The notes under the pieces were generated by a model. The model was not told the origin of the DNA, searched no databases, and saw only the letters and a list, made by a program, of their open reading frames with translations. From the IMG/VR virus record IMGVR_UViG_3300047403_000130, positions 1-26,897 of that record: 26,897 nucleotides of DNA. One strand, 5' to 3'. Source of the DNA: a virus. Its lineage: Duplodnaviria; Caudoviricetes. Positions 16,212-24,466 of this stretch are shown one piece after another (the first letter of the stretch is position 1; the number at the start of each line of letters is the position of its first letter). A program made the position numbers and the translations under genes.

Positions 16212-16415
16212 ATGAAGGCCATCCCCGACAAGGAGTTCTTCACGCCAAAGGAGGTCTGGGAACTGCTGGAGGTCCACAAGACCACGGTCTACCGCTGGAT
16301 CGAGGGGACCTACGGGCCGGACTGGACGCTCCGGTGCATCAGGATCGGCCGGAAGGTGGCGATCCCGCGCGAGGCGCTGGTCGAGTTCCTGGAACGGGCG
16401 ACGCCAGCGGGGTAG
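16212..16415 (+). CDS. Helix-turn-helix DNA-binding protein (excisionase/HTH_17-like)
   Basis: FTPKEVWELLEVHKTTVYRWI...IRIGRKVAIP. Confidence 0.85.
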   Translation: MKAIPDKEFFTPKEVWELLEVHKTTVYRWIEGTYGPDWTLRCIRIGRKVAIPREALVEFLERATPAG

Positions 16416-16421
16416 CCAGCC

Positions 16422-17204
16422 GTGGACGACACGCTCATGGAGGCCGGTCGCCGTTACCTGGCGGCCGGCCTCTCGATCATCTGGCTTTCCGGCAAGGCAC
16501 CGAACCCCGACATCCACCCGCACGGCCTCCAGCAGCCGATGTCCGGCGCGCCCGAGGGGCCGGAGGACGACGAGTTGCTGCGGTGGGCGGCCGGTCACGA
16601 GCAGACGACCGGCATCGGCATCGTCATCCCCGAGCACCTGTGCGTCGTGGACGTGGACGGGGAGGCGGGAGCAGTTAGCCTCTGGGGGCTAATCGGGCGG
16701 ACCCCGGACACGGCGACGGGGAAGTCGGCCAGGGGGTTGCACTTCTGGTTCGTGTCGCCCTACGTCCACCGATCAACCAAGCTAGGGGAGGGGCTGGACT
16801 TCAAGGCCGTCGGCGGCTACGTCGCCGTGGCCCCCAGCCTGCACCCGTCCGGCGTGCGGTACGAGTGGATCAACCCGCTCATCGGCTGGGGCGGCCTGCC
16901 GGATGCCGGCGGTTGCGACTGGCTGCCGGACGAGATCGAGGCCGTCCTGGCGCGGAAGGCCGCCAAGCCGGTCCTTGACCCGGCGTTGCGGAGTGCTACC
17001 TTGGATGGCCTTGTGAAACACCTCCGCAATGCCCAGGAGGGAAATCGAAACGCCGCTGCCTACTGGGCCGGCTGTTGCGCCCGCGACGGCGGCCACTCAC
17101 TCGATGACGCCCTCGCCCAGCTCGTGCCGGCCCTCGTCCACGCCGGCCTGCCTGAGCCCGAGGCACGACGGACGATCAGGAGCGCATACAACCAAGGGAG
17201 GTAG
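16422..17204 (+). CDS. Bifunctional DNA primase/polymerase (Prim-Pol) with PriCT-like C-terminus
   Basis: VVDVD, T..G.RGLHFWF, GGYVAVAPSLHPSG..Y.W, EGNRN motifs. Confidence 0.88.
   Translation: MDDTLMEAGRRYLAAGLSIIWLSGKAPNPDIHPHGLQQPMSGAPEGPEDDELLRWAAGHEQTTGIGIVIPEHLCVVDVDGEAGAVSLWGLIGRTPDTATGKSARGLHFWFVSPYVHRSTKLGEGLDFKAVGGYVAVAPSLHPSGVRYEWINPLIGWGGLPDAGGCDWLPDEIEAVLARKAAKPVLDPALRSATLDGLVKHLRNAQEGNRNAAAYWAGCCARDGGHSLDDALAQLVPALVHAGLPEPEARRTIRSAYNQGR
17190..17204 (+). repeat. 15-bp direct repeat, left copy (AACCAAGGGAGGTAG)
   Basis: Identical to 17757-17771; contains the primase stop and the mom RBS. Confidence 0.85.
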
Positions 17205-17205
17205 G

Positions 17206-17802
17206 GTGAAGCCCGAAGGAGCCGTATTCAGGAAAGGTGACGCCAGCCTTTCGGTCGCATCTCGGGTGGAAGTTGATTGGATGGTACGTCGGCACTACCT
17301 CGGGCGCTGGCCTGGAGTTGTCACCCTAACACTGGCGGCGCATGGAGATGGCGGCCCGTTCGGATGCATCGTGTTTGCCCTCCCACCGCGAGAGACGGCG
17401 AAGCGGTACGGCGCCGTAACATGGGAGCTTGCCCGCCTGTGGGTTGACGACAGGGCAGCAACGAACGCCGAGACATGGATCATCGGCGCTGCGATCCGGT
17501 GGATCGAACGAAACCGCAAGGACGTGGAGGCACTTGTCTCCTACGCAGACCCATCTCGCGGACATAGCGGAACGATTTACCGAGCGTCGAACTGGATTGC
17601 CGACGGGATGACTGACTCGGAACGCAAAACTCCACGCTTCGACTACATGGACTCCAGAACTGGCATCAAGTACAGCCGCCGAAGCCACGTACCCGAGGAC
17701 GCCATCGTCCAAAGAGTCCCAAGAGTGTCGAAACATCGGTTCCTCTACCGGCTACGAACCAAGGGAGGTAGACGGGTGCGTGCTGCAACCCCTCACATGT
17801 GA
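17206..17802 (+). CDS. mom: Mom-family adenine modification protein (GNAT fold)
   Basis: HYL, WELARLW, NAETW, VSYADP..GH.GTIYRASNW motifs; GTG at 17206. Confidence 0.8.
   Translation: MKPEGAVFRKGDASLSVASRVEVDWMVRRHYLGRWPGVVTLTLAAHGDGGPFGCIVFALPPRETAKRYGAVTWELARLWVDDRAATNAETWIIGAAIRWIERNRKDVEALVSYADPSRGHSGTIYRASNWIADGMTDSERKTPRFDYMDSRTGIKYSRRSHVPEDAIVQRVPRVSKHRFLYRLRTKGGRRVRAATPHM
17757..17771 (+). repeat. 15-bp direct repeat, right copy (AACCAAGGGAGGTAG)
   Basis: Identical to 17190-17204. Confidence 0.85.
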
Positions 17803-18206
17803 CGGCCTACGTCGAGTGGTATGGCAAGGACCGCAAGCAGGACTGGCGAACGCCGACGGCGCTCTTTGACCGGCTCGATGCGATCTATCGCTTCGACCTG
17901 GACGGGGCTGCCGACGACGAGAACGCCCTGAAGCCCGACTACAGCACCGCCGACCGTCCCGCTCCGTGGACCGGCCGGCGAGTGTTCTGCAATCCGCCGT
18001 GGTCCAGCATCCCGCCGTTCATCGAGCTGGCGGCGACGGCAGAGATTGCCGTCCTGCTGGTCCCGGCGCGGACCAACGCCAAGTGGTTCCATCGCGCGCT
18101 CGAACTCGGGGCGCGGCCAGCGTTCTTTGTCGGCAAGCCGAAGTTCGTTGGCGCTCCGTACAACAGCCCGGTTGACTGCCTGCTTCTCGTCTGGGGGCTT
18201 CCATGA
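17799..18206 (+). CDS. Phage DNA N6-adenine methyltransferase (phage Dam family)
   Basis: DWRTP, FDLDGAA, VFCNPPW, LLVPART..KWF motifs. Confidence 0.87.
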   Translation: MTAYVEWYGKDRKQDWRTPTALFDRLDAIYRFDLDGAADDENALKPDYSTADRPAPWTGRRVFCNPPWSSIPPFIELAATAEIAVLLVPARTNAKWFHRALELGARPAFFVGKPKFVGAPYNSPVDCLLLVWGLP

Positions 18207-19597
18207 GCGGAGCCGAACACCCCCCGCTGTCGAAGGAAGACGACCGGCTGGCAGCGATCCTGGCCCGTGGCGGCAATCTCGGGATCGGGGACAAGGTTCG
18301 CTACGACCACGCCCGCCAGCAGTGGCACGTTTGGGACGACGTGACCGGCATCTGGCGGCCGGACCTGACCCGCAAGATCAGGAAGATGATCCACGATCAG
18401 GCTGGCGAGTACATGAAGGACGCCAGCCCGGCCGAGGGGAAGATCCTGCTGACGCTCCTGAACGACAACAAGAAGACTTCGGTGCTGGCTTCCATGATGT
18501 GGATGGACGGCATCTCGATGAAGGGGGATGAGTGGGACCCCGACCCGAACCTGCTTGGCTGCGCCAACGGGATCGTTGACCTGCGGACCGGCGAGCTGCT
18601 GACGGGCAGGCCGGACTTGCTCGTGACCAAGAGCACCGGCATCCGCTACGACCCGGAAGCCGCTCCGCCCAAGGTCTTCGCCAAGTTCCTGCGCGACATC
18701 ACCTCCGGCGATGCCGACGTAGCCGACTACATCCTCCGGGTGCTCGGCTACTCCCTGTACGGCCACCAGAAGGAGCAGAAGTTCTGGGTCATGGTCGGGC
18801 AGGGACAGAACGGCAAGGGGACCCTGAACCTGCTGATGATCCATCTCCTCGGAGACTACGGGATCTTCATTTCTCCGGCGATGTACATGCGGACCAAGAA
18901 CGGTACAGCGGCATCACATCAGGCCCGCGTTGACCTGATGGAGCTGGTCGGCAAGCGGTTCGCGGCCACGTCAGAGCCGGTCAAGGGCGAGTTCAACGAC
19001 GAACTCATCAAGGCCCACACTGGCGAAGATCCGATCCGTGCTCGCGGCATCTTCCAGAACCACGAGATCCAGTTCATGCCGACGCACACGCTGTTCCTGG
19101 CGACCAACAACCCGCCCCGCCTCGAAGACGTGGGCAAGTCCATGCAGCGTCGGCTGCGGGCCATTCACTTCCTGGAGCAGTTTGAGGGGCCGCGCAAGGA
19201 CAAGTTCCTGCTGGAGAAGATGAAGGCCGAGTCCGAGGGCATTCTGCGCCTGCTGGTCATGTCGGCCATGCGTTGGCAGACCGACGAGCTGCCCGAACCA
19301 GAGAAGGTCCTGGAGTGGTCGTCGGCCTACATCAACGAGAACGACCCGCTGTCCGAGTGGGTCTACGACTGCTGCGTGCTCGACCCGCGGGCGACGGAAG
19401 GGGCCAAGCTCCTGGCCGACTCCTTCAACGACTGGGCCAACCGGAACGCCGCCGACACCATGTCCGCCCAGGGGTTTGGACAGGCCATCAGCCGGAGGTT
19501 CCGCAAGACCAAGACCAGGACTGGATGGGTCTATCTGGGTCTCAGGCTGAAGAACGCCGTGGAGTGGGCTGCGACTGCGGGAGATGGCGAGGAGTAG
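18203..19597 (+). CDS. D5/P4-family SF3 helicase (primase-associated)
   Basis: D5_N-like NGIVDLRTGEL; Walker A GQGQNGKGT; ELVGKRF..SE; ATNN; winged-helix-like C-terminus. Confidence 0.9.
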   Translation: MSGAEHPPLSKEDDRLAAILARGGNLGIGDKVRYDHARQQWHVWDDVTGIWRPDLTRKIRKMIHDQAGEYMKDASPAEGKILLTLLNDNKKTSVLASMMWMDGISMKGDEWDPDPNLLGCANGIVDLRTGELLTGRPDLLVTKSTGIRYDPEAAPPKVFAKFLRDITSGDADVADYILRVLGYSLYGHQKEQKFWVMVGQGQNGKGTLNLLMIHLLGDYGIFISPAMYMRTKNGTAASHQARVDLMELVGKRFAATSEPVKGEFNDELIKAHTGEDPIRARGIFQNHEIQFMPTHTLFLATNNPPRLEDVGKSMQRRLRAIHFLEQFEGPRKDKFLLEKMKAESEGILRLLVMSAMRWQTDELPEPEKVLEWSSAYINENDPLSEWVYDCCVLDPRATEGAKLLADSFNDWANRNAADTMSAQGFGQAISRRFRKTKTRTGWVYLGLRLKNAVEWAATAGDGEE

Positions 19598-19612
19598 CCT
19601 GAGTCTGCGTCG

Positions 19613-19718
19613 TGTGACGGATGTGACGGATGTGACTAAGTTCCAGAAAAGTCCCCTAGAAAAAAGGGCCTTTTACGCGGAATTCTGGAAGTCCGTCACC
19701 TTCGTCACATCCGTCACA
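19613..19718. repeat. Inverted array of TGTGACGGA-like iterons around an A/T-richer spacer (candidate replication origin)
   Basis: TGTGACGGA-TGTGACGGA-TGTGAC..TTCCAGAA faces TTCTGGAA-GTCCGTCACC-TTCGTCACA-TCCGTCACA. Confidence 0.75.
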
Positions 19719-19765
19719 GAGCTGTCATGTCAGCAGCCCGAACTGGCATGAAAATTCCGATGGGT

Positions 19766-19809
19766 TGGCCTGAAAAATTTCAGGGGCTGGCCTGAAAAAT
19801 CCCAGGGGC
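19766..19809 (+). repeat. 22-bp tandem repeat x2 with A-tracts
   Basis: TGGCCTGAAAAATTTCAGGGGC / TGGCCTGAAAAATCCCAGGGGC; partial copy at 19744. Confidence 0.8.
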
Positions 19810-19893
19810 CGGCATGTCCGCCCGCCGCCGAGCCGGGCCGAAACCTACCGACCTACCCCGCCCCTCGCGGCCGGAAACCGGCTACGCGCCGGC

Positions 19894-19970
19894 ATCCATA
19901 GGTATAGGACAGTGCATCCCTAGGTATCGGCCGCCGCCGAAGCGTGCCAGGCAAACCGATCCCTAGGTAT
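19894..19970 (+). repeat. Three ATCC(A/C)TAGGTAT direct repeats
   Basis: Copies at 19894, 19916 and 19959. Confidence 0.75.
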
Positions 19971-20029
19971 TCGCCAAGGTAGCATCCGGTCTGGCGCCGA
20001 GCTGGGGCGGGCCTAGGGTGGACATGCCA

Positions 20030-20063
20030 GCCACTCCCGGCCAGACGCCACTCCCGGCCAGAC
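20030..20063 (+). repeat. 17-bp perfect tandem repeat x2
   Basis: GCCACTCCCGGCCAGAC twice. Confidence 0.85.
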
Positions 20064-20081
20064 GCGCCCGCCGATTGCCTC

Positions 20082-20110
20082 TTGACCCCCTCCGCCGACA
20101 CCCTCATACT
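20082..20110 (+). promoter_or_regulatory. Putative early promoter
   Basis: TTGACC-17 nt-CATACT. Confidence 0.6.
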
Positions 20111-20161
20111 CCCGCTATCGACTGCCACCCCACGGCAGTCCGCACCACGGGAGCACCGACG

Positions 20162-20578
20162 ATGTCTGACACCGCCTACGATCGCGCCATCACCTACGCC
20201 ACCGATCGCGGCGCCCGCGACGGCCGGAACGCGGCTGAATGGTACGTTCAGGGCACACTGGCCGAGCGCGTTCGAGATCCGCGCCTCACGGCCGCGATCA
20301 TCCTGCGCGGCGTTGAGGATGGGGACCCGGCCGTCCTGGACACCTTCCCTTACGCCGACCTGTCCGGCGAGTGGGCGGACACGCTGACGGGGCCGCAGCT
20401 TGTAGAGGACGCCATTGTCAACGCCGACGATTGGAGCATGCAGCGCGACGCGTGGCGCGCGTACTGGGCCAGCATGCTGACGGCCGATCAGGACATCTGT
20501 GACGCCTATGAGGAAGCCTACGCCGCCGCCGCCGCCGCCGAGATCGAACGCGCCGTCCGCGCCATTCTGGCCGACTGA
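20162..20578 (+). CDS. Hypothetical protein (acidic, early region)
   Basis: ATG at 20162 after GGGAG; 138 aa. Confidence 0.72.
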   Translation: MSDTAYDRAITYATDRGARDGRNAAEWYVQGTLAERVRDPRLTAAIILRGVEDGDPAVLDTFPYADLSGEWADTLTGPQLVEDAIVNADDWSMQRDAWRAYWASMLTADQDICDAYEEAYAAAAAAEIERAVRAILAD

Positions 20579-20786
20579 TGGTCGGCCATCTGTCCCGCGA
20601 TCGACGCTGTGCAAGCTGCGGCCGGCGCCTCTGGGTCGCGCGCCTCTTGCGCGCATGGTTCACCTGGTGCGGAGTCTGTGACGCTCCGCCTGCCCACTAA
20701 ACGCGTCATAGACAACCTGGACGCGGCCCCCACGCGGCCCCGAGGATTGCCCGGCCACTAGACCGGACCCGTCACCCGCCGACTAG

Positions 20787-20816
20787 TTGACATTCACGCC
20801 AACCCGCGCCTACAAT
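20787..20816 (+). promoter_or_regulatory. Near-consensus sigma70 promoter
   Basis: TTGACA-18 nt-TACAAT. Confidence 0.75.
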
Positions 20817-20821
20817 CCATC

Positions 20822-21150
20822 ACCGGCCGGGTCCGGTCCCGTCGCCCGTCGTGGGGGCGGGCGACAACCGGACCCGTCGCCGGCCCTAGCCCGAAGGGGG
20901 AAACCGATGCACGCCGTTTGGGATACGTCCGCTGTCTGGTACGGCGGAATGGGGCACAAGCTCCTGAGCATGGACCCGTCCGGCGATGATGACCGCCCCG
21001 ATCGGGAGCAGTCCGCCGCTCATTGTTGCCGAGCCTAGTACCCGGACCGCGACGGCCGAAACGCACCCGTTCGGCCCTCCGGCCCGCGCACTAGCGGGAC
21101 CGTCCAACAATCCCCACCACCGGCCGCCCCGCCATCCGGGGGACCACCGG
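20822..21150 (+). ncRNA. Candidate structured ncRNA or long 5' leader
   Basis: Begins just after the promoter; long hairpin CGGGTCCGGT..GTCGCCCG/CGGGCGAC..ACCGGACCCG plus further stems (GGCCGAA/TTCGGCC); no convincing long ORF. Confidence 0.35.
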
Positions 21151-21161
21151 AGTACAGAACA

Positions 21162-22046
21162 ATGGCCGCCCTGGACATGGCGCTAGAGATCAGCGCCACG
21201 CAACGCGCCGCCGTCCTGGCGGAGCGTGCCGCCTACGACCGCCAGCGGGAAGCCGAAACCGCTGCCAACCTCGCCCGCCGCGAAGCCGAAGCCGCGGCCG
21301 AAGCCGGCAAGGCCGCGAGCGCGGACCTGCTGAACCTGCTGCGCGCGCTGGCGAACCGGGCCGAAACCGAACCGCGCGAGATCGTCCAGCGCGACGCATG
21401 GGCGCGCTCGCCAGAGTACGCTGCTACGTTCGCCCACGGGTACGTTCAGGCCCGCAGCACGTCCGGCGGGTACTCAGCCCACGCCCCTAAGGCCGTCCGC
21501 GCGTACCTGTTCCCGCATGGCGCGAGCGCGTCCGACGCTATCGACGTGTACGACTCCGGCAGGGGCACGCGCGACGCCGGCAAGCTGGCCGCCTACACGC
21601 AAGAGGCAACCGCCGCCCTCCTGGCCGCCCTGCGACCTTACACCGCCGCCGCATGGCTGGCCGCGCGCGGTATCGACCCGGCCACCGCCCCGGACCCGGC
21701 CGCCATTCTGGAATGTCGACCGATGGTCGGCCGGCGTTCGGACTGGTGGCAGGGCAACCGCACGGAATACTGGCAGGTGACTTGGCATGTCGCCCTTACC
21801 GGTAGTCCTGAGCTGGTCCCCGGCATCGAGATCCGCAACGGCTGGGACCTGGCCGAAGCGCGCGCCGATGCCGCCGCCGGTGGCCGTGGGCGAGCCAGCT
21901 ACGATGCCCGCCGCGAGGCGCAAGCCGGACTCAACCAGCCCGGCGATGATGCCAGCCGGGAAGCCGTCGAGGAATGGGCCGCCAGCATGGCCCCCGAAGC
22001 CCTGCGCCTCATCGTGGCGCGTTACTTCGGCCCGTTCGATGACTAG
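21162..22046 (+). CDS. Hypothetical protein
   Basis: 294 aa, GGAG RBS, Ala-rich coiled-coil N-terminus. Confidence 0.75.
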   Translation: MAALDMALEISATQRAAVLAERAAYDRQREAETAANLARREAEAAAEAGKAASADLLNLLRALANRAETEPREIVQRDAWARSPEYAATFAHGYVQARSTSGGYSAHAPKAVRAYLFPHGASASDAIDVYDSGRGTRDAGKLAAYTQEATAALLAALRPYTAAAWLAARGIDPATAPDPAAILECRPMVGRRSDWWQGNRTEYWQVTWHVALTGSPELVPGIEIRNGWDLAEARADAAAGGRGRASYDARREAQAGLNQPGDDASREAVEEWAASMAPEALRLIVARYFGPFDD

Positions 22047-22311
22047 GCCCCCCACCGCCCGCCATCGGGCCGGATACGTCGGCCGGGAATACTTCACCAC
22101 CGGCCCGGATGACGGCACGTACAGCGCGGACCCGTCCGACTACTGGCACCACGCCGACGGCGATACCGTGGGTGCCATCATTCGCCGGCACCAGCCATAC
22201 CGGACCCGTTCGGGCCGGATCGTCTACGCGCCCCGCATGGTGCGCCAGTACGGCACCGTTCGGGACCTGCGCCGCCTGGCGCGGGCCGCCGAACGGGCCG
22301 GGAGGGTTTGA
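22039..22311 (+). CDS. Hypothetical protein
   Basis: ATG at 22039 overlaps upstream gene end; 90 aa. Confidence 0.6.
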   Translation: MTRPPTARHRAGYVGREYFTTGPDDGTYSADPSDYWHHADGDTVGAIIRRHQPYRTRSGRIVYAPRMVRQYGTVRDLRRLARAAERAGRV

Positions 22312-22314
22312 GCT

Positions 22315-22803
22315 GTGGGCCTGTACGTCGAAGTCCAGTACACCGGCGATTGGTGGGGAGAGGACCCGCTGACCGAAACCGCGTTCGACAAGCCCGGCGA
22401 CCTGTTCCGCGCCTTGGCCGGTAAGGACCATAGCCGGCCGTGGATGGCCCTTGGCCGTTGCACCGGCAAGGTCTACATCGACGTTCCCGGCAGCGCGTGC
22501 GGTCTGTGCGGCAAGCCGCGCAGCGAGCATGAACACAACCCGTCCACAAACCCGATCACGACGCGATGGATCGAACCGTGCCCGGAGCACCCGCACGGTG
22601 CCATCACGACGGACGGCCAGCACTACTACCAAGCCGACGCGCAACAGGTTGGCTGGATCTTCGAGGCCCGCAACCCCGAACCCGTCCGCCGTGGCGATCC
22701 CAAGGAAACCGGCCTGCGCATTGCGTGGGTCACGGTCCACGATGCCCCGCCAACCGTTACGCGCACGCCCCACTATGCCAACCTTGGCGGAGGCCCACGA
22801 TGA
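22315..22803 (+). CDS. Hypothetical protein (Cys/His cluster)
   Basis: GGAGG RBS; GRCTGKVYID...QVGWIFE; CGLCG..EH. Confidence 0.72.
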   Translation: MGLYVEVQYTGDWWGEDPLTETAFDKPGDLFRALAGKDHSRPWMALGRCTGKVYIDVPGSACGLCGKPRSEHEHNPSTNPITTRWIEPCPEHPHGAITTDGQHYYQADAQQVGWIFEARNPEPVRRGDPKETGLRIAWVTVHDAPPTVTRTPHYANLGGGPR

Positions 22804-23069
22804 CCGACTACCGCCCGTCGCCCCTCGACCGCGAGTACGCCATCATCGAACGGTGGACCGAAAACCTGTTCGTGACACCCCGTCGGCAGGACATCCTGGA
22901 CCTGATGGCCGACCTTGCTGCCTGCCCGCAATGCGGCCAGCCGCACGACTGCGCGCCGGACACGGCTGCCGACATGGAGGCCAACTACCGCTCCGGCTGG
23001 CTCGCCGGCCGGGACCAAGGCTACGCCGCCGGCAAGGCGGGAGAGGAGGTGTCGACCGATCCAAGCTGA
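22800..23069 (+). CDS. Hypothetical protein (CPQCG zinc-ribbon-like)
   Basis: ATGA overlap, GGAGG RBS; 89 aa. Confidence 0.68.
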   Translation: MTDYRPSPLDREYAIIERWTENLFVTPRRQDILDLMADLAACPQCGQPHDCAPDTAADMEANYRSGWLAGRDQGYAAGKAGEEVSTDPS

Positions 23070-23081
23070 CGCTCTCACCAG

Positions 23082-23117
23082 CCGGCCGGGGGATCGTGGC
23101 TGACACTCCCGGCCGGC
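23082..23117 (+). terminator. GC-rich intergenic hairpin
   Basis: GCCGGCCGGG...CCCGGCCGGC directly after stop at 23069; no U-tract. Confidence 0.35.
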
Positions 23118-23165
23118 GAATGAGCGCGGCAGCCCGGCCCTTAGCCGGACCCGTTGCCCGCGGAC

Positions 23166-23214
23166 GGTGGATAACCGACCGCACACGCTGGGAGTGTGGA
23201 AAGACTGTGGATAA
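23166..23214 (+). promoter_or_regulatory. Cluster of DnaA-box-like sites
   Basis: TGTGGATAA (23206, perfect), GGTGGATAA (23166), TGTGGAAAG (23195). Confidence 0.45.
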
Positions 23215-23596
23215 CCTCGGCTTGTACGTGTCCGTCCACTTGCGGGCGGATACCCCCATCCGCGCCGCGAACGCCGGATCGGCGGCAGCATCCCTCATCA
23301 TCGAGGCCGACCCGACGACCGACGTTCGCGTCTACTTCCCGGCCGCGCCGGATGACCTCGCCGTCCTGGGCCGCCTTGCCGCCGCCGTGGCCGAGCTGCG
23401 GGCCGCCATCGTGCCGGCTGTCAAGCCTGACCCGTTGCCGATCTACACCCTGGAGCACGGGCAGATCCGCCGCAACGGCGAGCCGATCGTGACGCTCGTG
23501 CGGGCCGTGTGGGGCGATGGCGCGCCGTCGTGGGCCGAGATCAATGCGTTCGAGGCCCAGGTCGTGGACGCCCTCAACGCGCAGGCCGCCCGATGA
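23207..23596 (+). CDS. Hypothetical protein
   Basis: 3' part of ORF 22451..23596; start GTG 23207 or ATG 23120. Confidence 0.6.
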   Translation: MDNLGLYVSVHLRADTPIRAANAGSAAASLIIEADPTTDVRVYFPAAPDDLAVLGRLAAAVAELRAAIVPAVKPDPLPIYTLEHGQIRRNGEPIVTLVRAVWGDGAPSWAEINAFEAQVVDALNAQAAR

Positions 23597-23808
23597 GCGC
23601 CCTCGCCCGCGACTACTCCGACCGGCTGACGGACCCGGAGTACGATCCCGATCCGTCCGAAGCCGCCCCGTTGCCCGGCTGCCTGTGCGCCATCTGCCAG
23701 TGGTGCCGGTACGGTGCCGGCGAAGGCCGCCTGCCGGACCGCCTGGTCCGCCCCGACGATCCCGAATGGAAGCTGCTGCTCCGGCTGGCGGAGGACGTGA
23801 CGCGATGA
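23593..23808 (+). CDS. Hypothetical protein (CxCxxCxxC)
   Basis: ATGA overlap; 71 aa. Confidence 0.62.
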   Translation: MSALARDYSDRLTDPEYDPDPSEAAPLPGCLCAICQWCRYGAGEGRLPDRLVRPDDPEWKLLLRLAEDVTR

Positions 23809-24002
23809 CCGCCCGCCGCGAACGCACCCTGCCACAGAAGCTGGCCGACTGGCAGACGGCCTACGAATACGTCCTGGAGGCCGTCGCAACCAACTTCCCG
23901 ACGACCGAACAGTGGTACGCCAACCGCCGTACCGCCGCCATCGTGGCCGCCATGCTCGTCGGCCAGAACGTGAAGCCGGTCATCGTGCCGGAGGAGGAGT
24001 GA
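23805..24002 (+). CDS. Hypothetical protein
   Basis: ATGA overlap, GGAGG RBS; 65 aa. Confidence 0.62.
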   Translation: MTARRERTLPQKLADWQTAYEYVLEAVATNFPTTEQWYANRRTAAIVAAMLVGQNVKPVIVPEEE

Positions 24003-24004
24003 CA

Positions 24005-24235
24005 ATGCTCGGAGATATCGGCCCGAATGGCCCTGCTGCCTGCAATCGGTACATGGGCGCTCGGCTCCGCTCTGGGCTGTACTGCGATCTCAATGCCGGA
24101 CACGTTGGCAAGTGCGCGTCGCAGATGTCGGTCCGTGGTTTTGAGGCAAGACGCCTTCGCTATGCCGACACCGTTGCTCGCATGGAGTCGTTGATGCAGG
24201 CCGTCAACACGCTAGTCGATGTAGGAGTCAAGTAG
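24005..24235 (+). CDS. Hypothetical protein (C..C.L..GH.G.C motif)
   Basis: GGAGGAG RBS; start at 23999 or 24005. Confidence 0.6.
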   Translation: MLGDIGPNGPAACNRYMGARLRSGLYCDLNAGHVGKCASQMSVRGFEARRLRYADTVARMESLMQAVNTLVDVGVK

Positions 24236-24466
24236 ATGGACGCCCGCCTTGCCAAGCTGGTTCTGATGCTGGACTCGGAAAGCCGAACGGCGGCCAGTGA
24301 CGAATACGGTCCCGTTAGCAAGTCCTACGCCAACGGCATCCGCTTCGCCCTCCACGCCATCAACACCGTCTACGGCACGCAGATGCGGGACGACGCCGAG
24401 GAGGAGATCCACCTGCTCGTCCAGGAGGCCCGCCGCACGCTGGCCGGAAAGGAGGGAGGATCGTGA
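24236..24466 (+). CDS. Hypothetical protein
   Basis: AGGAG RBS; 76 aa. Confidence 0.68.
   Translation: MDARLAKLVLMLDSESRTAASDEYGPVSKSYANGIRFALHAINTVYGTQMRDDAEEEIHLLVQEARRTLAGKEGGS

Noticed and set aside
16212-16415. Evidence of an integration module from the excisionase-like HTH and tRNA
   Set aside because: No integrase, repressor or att duplication is visible in this window, so lifestyle cannot be called
19613-20063. Possible CRISPR array
   Set aside because: Repeats are short, tandem or inverted, with no regular unique spacers and no cas genes
20522-20539. (GCC)6 microsatellite
   Set aside because: In-frame poly-Ala codons, unremarkable in GC-rich DNA
20820-21160. tmRNA, hammerhead ribozyme or second tRNA
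   Set aside because: No T-arm/CCA end or CUGANGA-GAAA core could be found; kept only as an unclassified structured candidate
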